NCBI GenBank assembly: GCA_964016885.1
Contig: OZ024762.1
Location: 18,290,001 to 18,354,000 of the forward strand
Length of the DNA stretch: 64,000 nucleotides
From: Eledone cirrhosa
Taxonomy: Eukaryota
Direction: 5' to 3'
Part shown: one piece after another, positions 40,685-55,662 of the stretch
How positions within the stretch are numbered: position 1 is the first letter of the stretch
Layout: every line of letters begins with the position of its first letter
The notes under the pieces: generated by a model
Seen by the model: the letters and a program-made list of their open reading frames with translations, nothing else
What the model was told of the DNA's origin: nothing
Database searches by the model: none
Program-made: the position numbers and the translations under genes

Positions 40685-40836
40685 ATATATATATATATAG
40701 GGTTTAATCTTGTATAAGTAGCAAAATAACATTTCCAGAAGTAATCCCTCATTAAAGAAACAAGTGTCACTTAGTTTCTCTCTCTCTCTCACATATGTGT
40801 GCGTGTGTGCGTGTGCGTGCGTGCGTGCGTGCGTGC

Positions 40837-40879
<43 letters not shown>

Positions 40880-41128
40880 CGCGCGCGTGTTAAGATTGTT
40901 ATAATTAGGGCTCAATATTTTAGTTAATTGAGGCCCCCAGCCTTTCATCCTCCCATACATTCACACACAGGCATTGTCCAAATGTTGATATTATTACTGC
41001 GAACTTTCGTACAGTACTGCAATGTGATTTGTTTAAAAACCTACGTGTTTGGTGCAAAATTGTGCGTGTTTATATACATTTATACACACACGCATGTATG
41101 TATATATATATACACATATATGTGTGTT

Positions 41129-41182
<54 letters not shown>

Positions 41183-41718
41183 TTTATATATACACACATA
41201 TTTATATATATACACACACACACATATTTATATACACACACACGTACATATATATATTTATATATATACACACACACACATATATATATTTATTTATACA
41301 CACACATATATATATATTTATACACACACATATATATATATTTATACACACACACATATATATAAATATTTATTTATATACTCACACATATTTATATATA
41401 TACTCACATATATTTATATATATACTCACACACACATATATATATATATATACACACATTTATATATATACACACACACACATTTATATATATACTCACA
41501 CATATTTATATATATACACATATATATTTATATACACACATTTATATATACACACACACACATATTTATACACATACACACACACACACATATTTATATA
41601 TACACACAGACACACATACATATATATATATTCTCCTATTACCCACTCTACTACCCTAAGTATTGAGTACTCTGGTGCGCTATGGTCCATCTGGTTCCTT
41701 ACCAAAACTCCTCAGTTA

Positions 41719-41750
<32 letters not shown>

Positions 41751-42063
41751 ATATATATAGTACAAACTTGGTATAAATATCGAAGGGTTTATAGCCCTCA
41801 GTCGGTGGGACGAGTTATGTATAATCAGGAAATAGTAATGGTTTCTCATTTAGGCAGTAAATAAATATTATTTAGACTATTTCGGTTTTGAACACGTTTC
41901 TCTCGTGTCTGTAAATCAAAACCAAACGTGCGTGTGTGTGTGTGTGTATGTATTATTCTATCTGTCTTAATTTCTTTGTATACACACACACACACATACA
42001 CACACACACATATATATATATACGATATTAAATAAATGGAAATTATATTTATAAAACCATATC

Positions 42064-42129
42064 TATTTCACTATATATATTTCAGGGACATCATATTAAA
42101 AATATGTTATGCCTTCTTCAGACAAAATA
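42064..42129 (-). ncRNA. Type I hammerhead motif (family A)
   Basis: TATTTTGT CTGAAGA AGGCATAACATATTTTTAATATGATGTCCCT GAAA TATATATA GTGAAATA. Confidence 0.72.
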
Positions 42130-42261
42130 CAATATAGACAGTCTTATAAATAAATAGATTCGACATACCTTTCAACATCGACTTGCATTTGAAAAGTTGA
42201 TTTGGTAGTCTATATATATATATACTGTTGGCTTCATGCTCACAATAATTTCTATACTTTC

Positions 42262-42309
<48 letters not shown>

Positions 42310-42346
42310 CTGTATACGTAGTATTCTATCTTTGTCTTAATTCCTT

Positions 42347-42383
<37 letters not shown>

Positions 42384-42580
42384 TTCTTTGATATACTCAT
42401 TGAATCTTGTTTAACTCTTTAATATATATATATATATATATAGCAAAATAAATTATACATACAAAGCTCAACTCCCTTTAAACAAATGTAAGGAAATAAA
42501 TATGATTTAATAAATAATTTTTCCATCTATATACTTGTTTGTATATATATATATATATATTATATATATATAACATAATG

Positions 42581-42754
42581 GAAATTCAACAAATATAAAT
42601 GTTTATAACTGAATCAAAGCACTCGACAGCTCTGGAGTAAATATTCAATGATATGATATATATATATTCAATGATATATATATCATTGAATATTTACTCC
42701 AGAATCTGTCGAGTGCTTTGATTCAGTTATAAACATTTATATATGTTGAATTTC
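42581..42754. repeat. Inverted repeat of the family A downstream tail
   Basis: Arms of about 73 bp; same tail occurs at 22399-22483 and 22750-22830. Confidence 0.8.
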
Positions 42755-42771
42755 AACAAATTAAATATCCC

Positions 42772-42823
<52 letters not shown>

Positions 42824-44498
42824 AAATGTGAACCTAATATAATGGTAAAATTGCCTCCTGTATTATGTTATATATACACACACACACATACATACATACA
42901 CACACACACACATATAAGAGAGAGAGAGGGGGGGGGGTATGGATTGATAGACTGATAGATAGATCGGTTTTAGGTAAACGTGATAGGTGAGAGATCACCG
43001 ACGTAAAATATTAGGGCGATATGTGTAATCAATAAAAGAATGAAATGTGAAGGAATTACGTGTAGATATGACAAGGTGAGGGTTAAACGTAAATAAAGTT
43101 AATAATAATAATAATTATTATTATTATGAATTTACTAACCATATTTATTATTATAAAGATGGTAATATTAATTCTGTAGAAAATAATATATAATAATAAT
43201 AATAAATGCAATAATGTTAAGAATATGAAGAAAATAAAGCAAGTTAATAATATATATCATAACAAACCTTAATAGAATCCAAGCGAAGTGAATCAACAGA
43301 CACCAGCAATAATAACAATAACAGCAGCGAATGGATGATGGAGAATCGATAGCCAGAGAGAGATAGACATATAGGGTGTAATAGGGAGGGCAAGTGTGTG
43401 ATAGAGTGAGTAATAGTGTAAAGGGGAGTGAGTGTGAGGAGAAGGAAGAAAGTATATATAACATATGACGTAGTAGGAGGAAGGACAAACAATGCTTGTG
43501 TTAGTGGGGAGAGAGAGTAAATGTGTAATGGAAAAGGCAAGAGTAGTTGAGAGAGACACAGAGTAACAGGGTAATAGGGAGTGAGAGTGAGGGAAAGGAA
43601 GAGAGCATTAATAACATAAGGGTAGTAGGAAGAAGAGCCCGCAATGCTTGTGGCACTAGAAGAGAAAAGGTGATAGACAAAGTGTGCTAAAGGAAAAGCG
43701 TATGTGTGTGACAGAGTAAGAGTATAATAGGGAGTAAGTGTAAGAAGAAGGAAGAGAGAATTAAGAAGATATTAGGAAGTAGGAGGAAGGACATGTAACG
43801 TTTTTGACAGTAGTGTCTGTGGTGGTTTAAGTGACAGACAGTAAAATAAATGTGATTTAGCAGCGCCACTTTTACTTTCAGTAATAGCGGCGAAAAAACT
43901 GAACTAAAGAAAGATAACTCACGCATCTGATATCATCTTAGTCAAATTAAAAGGCGGTGCTGGATAATTCACTTTTTATTGGTAAATATTTACTATAACA
44001 TCCATTTCCAATGCGGGTTTAATGGAACTTTCCGGTGGAAGACCAACACAAAACGAGTTATTTACGACGGTTTTAAAGACATTTCATCATTATAAGAAAA
44101 AGAAATAGAAATTTAAAAAAAGAAATTTTAACTTCAAAATTCTAAATAAACCTATCAACTTACTATGCTTACAATTAAAAAAATATTATTATACTGGTCT
44201 CCGAGGGGAACATAATAAAATATTTACCATTTCCTTTCATATATATATATATAAAAATGTAATCTGAGTTTTTCGAATATTAATAATTGTTTTTACTTTT
44301 GGCCCAAGGCCAGCAATTGTCTCAGTGTATTACTGGCACTTTATTTTATCGACCCCGTAAGGATGAAAGATAAAGTTAATCTCGGCGGGATTTGAACTCA
44401 GATAACATTCGATTCGTTTGCAATTATGCAAACAAGCCTCAATTTTATAGCTATGTCAGTAGAATGAACACTTCATTTTTGGTCTCGTGTTGGCATGC

Positions 44499-44532
<34 letters not shown>

Positions 44533-44701
44533 ACCCTAGTTATTTCTCTTCGTGGAAATAGGAGTCAATTCAAACGGTGCCCCCCCCCCCCCCCTCGCCC
44601 CAGCCTGGATCTATACCCCCAATATCATATTTATTTTTTAATTTCCTTCCTTAACCTTCTCTTACTACTCCTCGGAGTTTCTGTTCTCCTCCTATCCGAA
44701 C

Positions 44702-44737
44702 TTTCCCGAAGAAGGACTTCTGTCCGAAACGTCGAAA
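44702..44737 (+). ncRNA. Minimal hammerhead motif with U4>C change
   Basis: TTTC CCGAAGA A GGAC-TTCT-GTCC GAAA CGTC GAAA; same architecture as 37584-37619. Confidence 0.7.
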
Positions 44738-46314
44738 CCTCCTCCACTTCCACCAAGCACAAACTTAATATAACTGTGTAAAATTGCCTCTTGTGTTTTT
44801 TTTGTCAACTATATATGTGTGTGTGTATATGGGTTTGTATATATACATAGATGCTTCCCTCGTTCATAAATCTAAATACGTTAGTGGTTGGTGTTTATGC
44901 CCAGCTCAGACATAGTGGAACAGATATACGATCAAAAGTTATTTCAGTTATGTCCAACCCACCATGATTTCAAACATAGCACACATAGAACTGTACCATT
45001 TAATGTAGTAAAGTGTAATATCAGAAGGATTTGACTGCTGTTTCTGACAAACATGGCAACCAGTTAGAGCACTACTGCAAACAAATTACATGTAGTGACA
45101 TCTAGTGGCTGAATTGTCACCTACAGATATATTCAAGGGAGGTAACTACTACAAGAATGCATATTTTCGATTTTTTATCAAAATATTTCCGAAGCAGACT
45201 TGTTGTCCTTGAATAAAACACTTTATTTCACATTACTACGTTCCACTCAGCTGAATAAAACAAAAGTTCTGAATCTCCCTGAGACCTACGTTGAAGTTGA
45301 AGGTACACATATCTCTGGAATGCTTAGACATTTGCACATTAATTTCTCAAGCAACGTCATCGTCAGAACAGTTAGGTTCTGCAACAACAATAACCTTTTA
45401 TTCGCAGACGATAAGGTGTAATTTGAGGAAGATTTGGCTGCTATTTCTAGCTCATAGACGCTTCAATTATTGTCAGATCGAAATTAATATATTGTAGTGA
45501 CTTGTTGGATAACCTCGTAGTCATTGAGCCTCAAGGTTTTTTTTTTATATTTAGGAATTATTTGTCAATCCCTAAGTTGTATTTCCTCAGAGTTAGTCCC
45601 TCTTACAAATTCTCGTCGTCTCTCCAATGCTTCGATGACCTCATATTCAGTGAGCTCGAGGGTTTGGTCAATGTCCGATTCTTTCTAGAGTTCCACAACC
45701 AAGCTGCCATTGCCAATGCGTTTTGGAGATCTCGGTCTGCGCAAATGCACATCTTTTAATCGTATGAACCCTCAATCTTAGAGCGCAGCCAACCGAAACA
45801 AATAAAAGACAACATTTAGCTGATGTTCTGACTGTCAGAAACAACGAAGGATTATCGTGTGGTTGCTGTTGGATCTCCGTCTTGTTAGACGATGAGTGTT
45901 CCAGTTGTTTGAACAAAATAGTCTATTTGTGAAATTAATATGCTAGTGTCTGAGTATCACACAGACACGAGTACTTTTAACATAGTTCTCAGGGAGATTC
46001 AGTTTCACATTATGCGAGACAATTCTGGGTCCTCTCAAATACAGGTACAACTAATTTTGTTTTAGCAACAGAGTGGACTGTAGTAATGTGCAATAAATTG
46101 TCTTGCTCAAGGCCACAACGCGCTGCAATTTCTAGGAATTTGATAAAATAACGAAGATACGTTTTTCTTGTGACAGCTAGTTACCTCCCCTGAATATACC
46201 TTTAGGTGACTGCGGTGACTACATGTATGTTTTTAGCCGTAACCCTCTAACAGGTTGCCTTCTCTTAAATAAATAACAGTCAAATTCACCACATCTGATC
46301 TTGTTGAAAGAGAC

Positions 46315-46349
<35 letters not shown>

Positions 46350-47014
46350 CATATGCAGCATTCTTTCTGCCTCTTATTAAATTCGGGCATACATTGAAGT
46401 CGTGTGGCTTGGTTACTTGATTTAAGCTAATGACAAGGTATCGATTTCACGTTGCTTCCATACTAGATCTGAAAATACACGCCTGTATCATTAAAACACC
46501 CAAGAAGCAATCTACGAAGGCCAACTAAACATGTATAGGTGTGAACTGTAAATTTTATATTTTGTTTTTAGAATAGATAAACTGTAACCCTGTGTTGTAA
46601 GAGACAACTGGAAGGTGGCACCCGAAGAACATCCGACTGTAACATACTGTCTCAAAGCAGCCTGTCTAACCCATGCCAGCATGGTAAAAACCGATATTTT
46701 ATACATTAAAGTCTAAAGTCTGTCTCAAGCCAGAAGGCTCGTTAGGCTGGGGCTTATCTCCATTGTGTGGCGTGAAGTGACAGATTATAAGACCCACTCC
46801 CCCTTTGGACAGGATGCCAGTCAATCACAGGGTCAAACCCCCAGCTATTGCTGGTACTTATTTTCAGCTGAGTATACTGAAGCAATGTGAAATGAAATGT
46901 TTTCCCTAAGAACACAACACACAACCCAGTCCAGGAATCAAATTAACATTATGATTTTAAGTCCGACACTGTTACCATTGTACCACATGTGCAGGGTCGA
47001 AGGGAGGGGTATAT

Positions 47015-47460
47015 AGAGAGATGGGGAGAGTGGGAGAGACAGAGGCAGTGACAGTAGGTTCCTTTGTGTTCGGACTTGGTGTATATGAGAGATGGGGAGA
47101 GCAGGAGAGATGGAGGCAGAGACAGTGGGAGTTTGGCTCCTTTGCGTTCGGACTTGGTGTGTATATATATATATATAGTGAGAGATGGGGAGAGCAGCAG
47201 AGACGGAGGCAGTGATAGTGGGAGTTTGGTTCCTTTGTGTTCAGATCTGGTGTGTGTGTGTGTATATATATATATATTTATATATATATATAGTGAGAGA
47301 TGGGGAGAGCGGGAGAGACGGAGGCAGTGATAGTAGGAGTTTGGTTCCTTTGTGTTAGGCCCTGGGGTGTGTATGTATATATATATATAGTGAGAAATGG
47401 GGAGAGCGGGAGGCAGTGATAGTGGGAGTTTGGTTCCTTTGTGTTCAGACCTGGTGTATA
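47015..47460. repeat. Degenerate tandem repeat of about 70-115 bp, 5 copies
   Basis: gagagatggggagag...ggaggcagtgatagtgggagtttggttcctttgtgttc repeated with variable (TA)n spacers. Confidence 0.8.
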
Positions 47461-48352
47461 TGTAATATACAGTGACAAGGCAAGCAATTCATAAATATTT
47501 CTAGCATGCTAAAGGTTAACAGGGTACATTGAAATACAGTAAAAAAAAACAAAAAAGCAATACAACAGAGTGAAGTAAAATAAAATGAAATTAAAGGAAA
47601 AATAAGTTAAATGTGTCAACTTCTGAATTTATTATTTCCACCCACTCTCCATAGTTGAATCACATATCAGCATACACATTTATGCAAGTATACACACACA
47701 CACACACACATACATATATATATACATACACACACACACACACACATATATATACATACCCACCTATATATATCCATACACACATAAGCATATACATATA
47801 TCCACACACACACATATATATACATAACATATATATATTAGAAATTGAGGAAGGAACAGGGAAAATGAGAAAATTGGGGAAAAAAAAAAAACACGTGCGT
47901 ATTCAGTCGGCCATCTTAGAATATACATATATATATATATACATACATATATATACATATATCTAAAGTCTGTCTTAAGCCAGAAGGCTCATTTGACCGG
48001 TGCTTATCCTGATTTCATGGCGTGAAGTGACTGAGAGTAAAAGACCCCTCCCGCACAGGAGGCCAGTCCATTGCAGGGTTAAACCCCCAGCTATTGCTGG
48101 TACTCATTTCCAGCTGAATATACTGGAGCAGCGTCATCTCCACCACGAGCTTCAGCGATCTGAGGTCTGCTCTCACCAACTCCGGCCATGTTTTTCGTGG
48201 TCTTCCTTCAACTGGCATTTCTTCACTCATTGGTCATCCTCCATACCATCGCAGTCTCCTCTCCATCACACAACACTTTATCCCTCTCATACACATATAT
48301 ATATACATAAACATATATCCAACCTTCCCCGCTAAACTCCTGGTAGAGAGAG

Positions 48353-48388
<36 letters not shown>

Positions 48389-49046
48389 GTAGAGAGAGAG
48401 AAAGAGGGAGAGAGAGAGAGAGAGAAAGAGGGAGGGAGAGAGAGAGAATAAAGTGGTATTTTATTAACCTTGAAATAAAGGATAGATAAAAAGAACTGCA
48501 AAGATGTTCTCAGTAGTATTTAAACTATCCCTGAGAACACCGAAAGACAAAAGTAGTACCACAAAGCATTCTACCCAACACCCTAACCACTCTGCCAACC
48601 ACAAGCACCAGATATACATACAGAAAAAAACGAAACAAACACAAAAATAAATAAATAAAATAATAAAAAAGTTGTTCTTCGCAGAGAAGAGAATATTATC
48701 ATTACCTTAAAATATTACGGTTATTAAAATGCATAATTTATTATAAAATAAACAGGTAACAGGTTAAATTAAAGGAGATTTTTTTTTCTTTCTTTCTAAA
48801 TATTTTTTTTTTTTGTTCCTTTTTTCATTTTGGTTCCTTTCATTAGTTTGAAATCCTTTGTTCTTTCCGTTCCCTTTTTTTTTTTTGGCAATATTTTCCA
48901 AATTCCTTCTTTACTGGTCCCTTTTTCTAACGTTTCATTTCCTTACGAAAGTCTCCTTGTTTTTACATTCTTGTTTCTATTTTTATTTTGTTCCCTATCT
49001 CTGGATCTGGTCCATTCCAATAACCATAGCACGCACAAGTGTCTGT

Positions 49047-49081
<35 letters not shown>

Positions 49082-50114
49082 GAAGCAAGAGGGTGTCTGT
49101 GAAAGTGGGGCGTGAGAAGAGAGAGGTACACATACACACTAATAATGAAAGAAAGGGAATGTAAGAGAGAGAGAGATACACAAGCACACACTAATGAAAG
49201 AAAGGGAATGTAAGAGAGAGAGAGAGAGAAAAGAGAGAGAGAGAAATACACAAGCACACACATTAATGAAAGCAAGACAGATATATATATATACACACAC
49301 ACATACACAATGAAAGAAAGGGAATGTAAGAGAGAGAGAGAGAGATACACAAGCACACACATTAATGAAAGTAAGACAGATATATATATACACACACATA
49401 CACAATGAAAGGGAATGTAAGAGAGAGAGACAGACAGATACACACACACACACAATGAAAGAAAGTGAATGTAAGAGAGAGAGAGACAGATACACACACA
49501 CACACACACGCGTGCACACACACACACACACAATGAAAAAGTGAATGTAAGAGAGAGAGAGACAGATACACACACACACATTAATGAAAGTGAGTGAGAC
49601 ATACACATTAATGAAAGTGAGAGAGAGAGACAGATACACACACACACATTAATGAAAGTGAAAGAGAGAGACAGATACACACACACAATGAAAGTGACTG
49701 TAAGAATGAGAAAGTGATACACACACACACACACTAATGAAAGAAAGGGAATGTAAGAGAGAGAGAGAGATATATACACACACACATACATACTAATGAG
49801 AGAGAGATAGAGAGCAACAGAGAGATACACATACACACATATTTTAATGAGAGAGAAGAGAAAGAGTCAGACAAACAGGTACACTGTAATTTTGCTTCAG
49901 AGAGTTCAAAACAAATGTGTGTGTATGTGTGTGTGCATGTATGTGAATGTATGTGTGTGTGTGTGTGTGTGTATGTGAATATATGTGTGTATGTATGTAT
50001 GTGAATGTGTGTGTGAATATATGTGTGTGTGTGTGTGTGCACAGTCTGTCGCCAATGTGTTTGTTGTTCAGTTTTGTTAGTATAAATGTGTGTGAGAGTG
50101 TGTGTTTGTGTTTT

Positions 50115-50257
50115 TTAGTAGGAGAGATAGTGTGGTCTGTTGCTGGGTCTGGTGAAAGGTCGGACGGAAGAGATACGTGGAGCACAGCTGAGGCTGAATA
50201 TATCTGCATAGGAGACTGGTTCATAGTTGACGTTGTAGTCTGATGTTGTCATTGAAG
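50115..50257 (-). CDS. PASK: PASK last coding exon (probable)
   Basis: Acceptor ttccag, phase 1 matches the previous exon; (P)SMTTSDYNVNYEPVSY...HYLSY*. Confidence 0.65.
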
Positions 50258-50344
50258 CTGGAAGATATGAGAGAGAGAGATAGAGAGAGAGACACAAATA
50301 TATATAGAGAGAGGAGACTAACACACACACACACATACACATAT

Positions 50345-50670
50345 ATCATCATCATTTTACGTCCACTTTTCCCTGCTTGCAAGGGTGGGACGGGAACTGA
50401 TTCTGGCTTGATTTCTACAGCTGGATGCCTTTCCTAACACCAACCTCATTTTACAGTGTGGGCTGGGTGATTTTTTGCCATGGCACCTCCACGACCACTT
50501 TGCAGTGGAATGATAGGGACCCCAGTCCCTATCATCTCATTTCTACAGCTGAGTAAACTGGAGCAATGTGAAATAAAGTGTCTTGCTCAAGGAAACAACA
50601 CATCACCTGGTCTGAGAATTGAACTCACAACATTTCGATTGCAAGGCCAATGCTCTAACCACTAAGCCAT
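50345..50670 (-). mobile_element. SINE-A in a PASK intron, followed by about 8 tandem copies of a 47-48 bp SINE-derived unit (50670-51075)
   Basis: Same family as 3844-4189; gacacctacacgaccactttacagtgtgggctgg repeats. Confidence 0.85.
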
Positions 50671-51286
50671 TGTGACACCTTCACGACCACTTTACAGTGT
50701 GGGCTGGATGCTTTTTATTGTGACACTTACACAACCACTTTATAGTGTGGGCTAGGTGCTTTTTGTTGATACCTCACGACCACTTTACCGTGTGGGCTAG
50801 GTGCTTTTTGTTGATACCTCACGACCACTTTACCGTGTGGGCTGGGTGCTTTTCATCATGACACCTATATGACTACTTTACAGTGTGGGCTGGATGCTTT
50901 TTATTGTGACACCTACACGACCACTTTACAGTGTGGATTGGATGCTTTTTGTTGCGACACCTACAAGACCACATTTACAGTGTGGGCTGGGTGCTATTTG
51001 TCGTGACACCTACACAACCACTTTACAGTGTGGGCTCAGTGCTTTTCATCATGACACCTACACGACCACTTTACATATATCTGCTTATACTCGAGTATAA
51101 GAAAATCTGAATATAAGGCGAACCCCTACCCTATTTCATGCCTGAGAATTAGGCGAAAAACCAAACCCATTTCATAAACCGAGGCAGCTAATGAACACAT
51201 TTTACTATCAATGTTTTGGTCACATATTCCTGGTCTTATACTCGAGTATATATGGTATATAAAGCTAGAGATAGAAATGTATTTAC

Positions 51287-51427
51287 GTTCATGGTACATG
51301 ACTTGTGTCCAGCTGTAGTTCTCGATAACTATTGGTTGAAATACCCAGGTGTCCTGCTCCAGTTCTTTGATGGTCATTCGGTCAGCAGGATCAGGTAGTA
51401 ACATCCAGTACAGTAGGTCGGTTAGAT
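51287..51427 (-). CDS. PASK: PASK exon, kinase subdomain XI
   Basis: (Y)LTDLLYWMLLPDPADRMTIKELEQDTWVFQPIVIENYSWTQV; CAG acceptor, GTAAAT donor, phase 1/1. Confidence 0.88.
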
Positions 51428-51946
51428 CTGAAGAGGAAATTATTGTTTAAAGAACATATTATCATCACCATCCCCACCACCACCACCATAGTTACCGCCT
51501 CCATCACCATCCCCACCACCATAGTTCCCGTCTCCATCACCATCCCCATAGTTACCGTCTTCATCACCATAGTAACCATCTTCCTCACCACCACCATCAT
51601 CACCACCACCATAGTTACCGTCTTCATCACCATTATCGTAGTTACCATCTTCATCACCCCCATCACCATCTTGCCCGGGGGGGGGTCTAGCCCTGGGTCT
51701 CCTGCCAGATCTGTCCAGCGATTCCTTCCTGAGACTTTCTAACCACATGGCCATAGTATAGGAGCTGTGGTCTCTTAATTCGGAGAAGTAGTGGCTCTAC
51801 CTGGAGTGATTCTCCGAGCTACGCACGTTATCAAGTAACATTGCTCCAATGTTCCAAAGACCCTTCGGAAAAACTTCATTTAAAAACATGCACAGAAAAA
51901 AAAAAAAAAAAAGGCTGGGGCGAGGGGTAAAGATTTAGATGCTTAC

Positions 51947-52080
51947 ACTCAGATACTTCATAGGGTGGATTGAAGTTGCACTCAAGAATGTCATCAACTG
52001 TGAAAAAGGGATTCTCTCCATAGACTAGAGTGTAGAGTGTGACTCCCATTGACCAAACTTCGAGTTCAGGTCCTTCATAC
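51947..52080 (-). CDS. PASK: PASK exon, subdomains IX-X
   Basis: (W)YEGPELEVWSMGVTLYTLVYGENPFFTVDDILECNFNPPYEVSE; CAG/GTAAG, phase 2/1. Confidence 0.93.
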
Positions 52081-52434
52081 CTGCAATGTCATGCCAAGAA
52101 ATATAATAAACATTTTGTAATGAACGAAAAGAAATGGTAACGCACACACACACACAAATAAGTGACATACACATACAACCAACAACAATATCATAACCAC
52201 CACCACCACAAGCAATACTACAACTATCACCCCCATTACCCCACTACCAACAGTACCATAACCACCACCACCACCACACGCAATACAACTATCACACCCA
52301 TTACCCCACTACCAACACTACCATAACCACCACCACTACCACCACCACAAGCAATACTACAACTATCACCCCCATTACCCCCACTACCATAACCACCACC
52401 ACCACAAGCAATACTACAACTATCACCCCCATTA

Positions 52435-53043
<609 letters not shown>

Positions 53044-53154
53044 TTAAAGATTGAGGTTATATATAACAGAAGGGAGAGAGAGAGAGAGAGAGCAGTAATA
53101 TTGCCAAGATCAACATTATCACCATCATTAACAACACAACCACCAATAAAAATT

Positions 53155-53400
53155 GTTAACCATGTTGCCAACAACAACCCTGAGTGCCTTTTCGATTTCC
53201 ATGTGTCTAACACACGTGGACATGCCCACAAAGTAAGAAAACAGCACAGTTCCCATGACTTTCGGAAACATTTTTTCACGCTCAGAGTTGCTGAAGCATG
53301 GAACAAACTACCTGCATCAGTTGTTAGCTGTCGAGACGCTGCATCCTTTAAGGCCTCCATGCTTCCCGAGATCCGCCAACACTACAGCTAACACATACAA
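53155..53400 (+). mobile_element. CR1-like LINE 3' fragment in a PASK intron
   Basis: NTRGHAHKVRKQHSSHDFRKHFFTLRVAEAWNKLPASVV. Confidence 0.85.
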
Positions 53401-54126
53401 ACATGTACTTCCCTGGCATTTGTGTATTATTCTATGTACTATATTGACGAGTTGTAGTGCACCTGAGCACTTTACACAATAATTTCATTATTATTATTAT
53501 TAACAGCACTACCATCAACAACATCACTGCCATTAACAACACCATCATCACCACCATCACTGCCATTAACACCACCACCAACATCACTGCCATTAACACC
53601 ACCACCATGAACACCAGCACCTCCACTAACAACATCATCACCGCCATTAATAACACCACCACCCGTCTAACCCATGCTAGCGTGGAAAATGGACGTTAAA
53701 CGAAGATGATGATGATGATGATGATGATGACCACTAACAACATCATCATCGCCACCATCACTGCCATTAACACCACCACCACCATTAACAATAACAATAA
53801 CATCATCATCATTACCACCACTACCAGCAACAACTTGGTTTCTATGGTTGGATGCCCTTCCTAATGCCAACCACATAACAGGGTGGAGTGGATGCTTTTT
53901 GTTGACAGCAGCACTATCACCTTACAGGGTGGACTGGGTGCTTTTTGACATAGCACCAGCACCAGCATCACCATTTTACAGGGTGGACTGGCTGCTTTTT
54001 GACATAGCACCAGCACCAGCATCTTACAGGGTTGACTCTGTGGTTTTTGTTGTAGCACCAGCACCACCATCTTACAGGGTGGACTCTATGCTTTTTGTTG
54101 TAGCACCAGCACCACCTTACTAGTTA

Positions 54127-54279
<153 letters not shown>

Positions 54280-55184
54280 CTACAACAGAAATTAATGAGA
54301 TTATGAAAGCTTAACAGAGTTTTGCTGGGGACATTTACATCAACTCTTCTTTTGTTACCACAAGCTTGGAGAGATGGTCACCGCCAAATATTTCTGAGGC
54401 CCACTAAAATACATTAACCCTCTTATAGGTAGGACGAGAGGTTAAATATTATCTATATCTTTTTGTAACTCCAAGTTATAATCTTCTAAGGATCTTGTTT
54501 TTACAAACGATATAAGAGAAATACCTTAGTCGATGAGTTGGTCGCTGTATATTGGTAGTTATATGCTTCTGACTTCCAGGATATAAATAAATATCTCTTT
54601 AACGCTCATCCGCTATAAACTATTTTTATTGTCGAAAGGAATGTAGGAGACATTTTATAATAATTATTCAAGCGTCGTAGTCATCTTCTAGTCTTCTCCG
54701 TACTGTGGTTTCTCGTGAACTGTGGTTCTTCACCAGTCAGTGAGAGAGAGTGAACATGTATTCATACGCGATTTACCATTGGTCAATTTAACCTTATTGC
54801 ATATGAAAATCTTGCTATTGCGAGGTACGACGTAGTTCCACTACACTCTCATAACCTTAAGCATGGGAAGGAGACAAGCATCACTCAGTATTTCTGATCC
54901 TATTCTCACCATAAGCTTGGAAAGAAGATGGTCACCAGCCAGGCATTTCTAAGGCCCAATGAAATGCCATAATGGACGCAGTGAAACATCTAGACTGCCC
55001 CCATCCCCATTCATCCATTAAATACATTTAACACTATTGCTATCATCACCTTACGAGGTTAGCTTTGCCTTTCATCCTTACGGGGGTCGATAAAATAAAG
55101 TACCAGTAATGTACTGGGGTCGATTTGATCAACTTCCCGTCCCATCAAAAATGTTGGCCTTGTGCCTAAATCATAAAACCTTAT

Positions 55185-55385
55185 GTGGATTGGTAGAGGG
55201 TCGGACGCCATGCTTTGCAGCACAGTTACGTCCCTTTATGGTCTGAGTTCAAATCCCGCCGAGGTTAACTTTGCCTTTCATCCTTACGGGGTCAATAAAA
55301 TAAAGTACCAGTAACGTATTGGAGGTCGATTTAATCGACTTTCTCCACCTCCAAAATCGTTGGCCTTCTGCATAAACCAGAAATT
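55185..55385 (+). mobile_element. SINE-B (a second partial copy lies at 55055-55165)
   Basis: B box GAGTTCAAATCC followed by the central domain gccgaggttaactttgcctttcatcc. Confidence 0.8.
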
Positions 55386-55444
55386 ATATAGATGTCACTG
55401 GTCCACTAGCTTATTATTATTATAAGACAACAACAAAAACTTAC

Positions 55445-55570
55445 TTGAACAATATTTTGATGTGACAACTGTGTCAACATTGACACCTCTAAAGGAATCC
55501 GGCCATGTTCCTCATCATCTCTCCAGTTTTCAGCCAGGACTTTAGAACGGAGGATATATTTCACAATTAC
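55445..55570 (-). CDS. PASK: PASK exon, subdomains II-III
   Basis: VIVKYILRSKVLAENWRDDEEHGRIPLEVSMLTQLSHQNIVQ; CAG/GTAAGT, 126 nt, phase 0/0. Confidence 0.92.
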
Positions 55571-55662
55571 CTGACAGGAACAAAAAACATAACAGAAAAT
55601 GTAAATGTGTATATATACTGTACTAAGAATAAATATTTGCTCTACGGGTTTATATATATATA

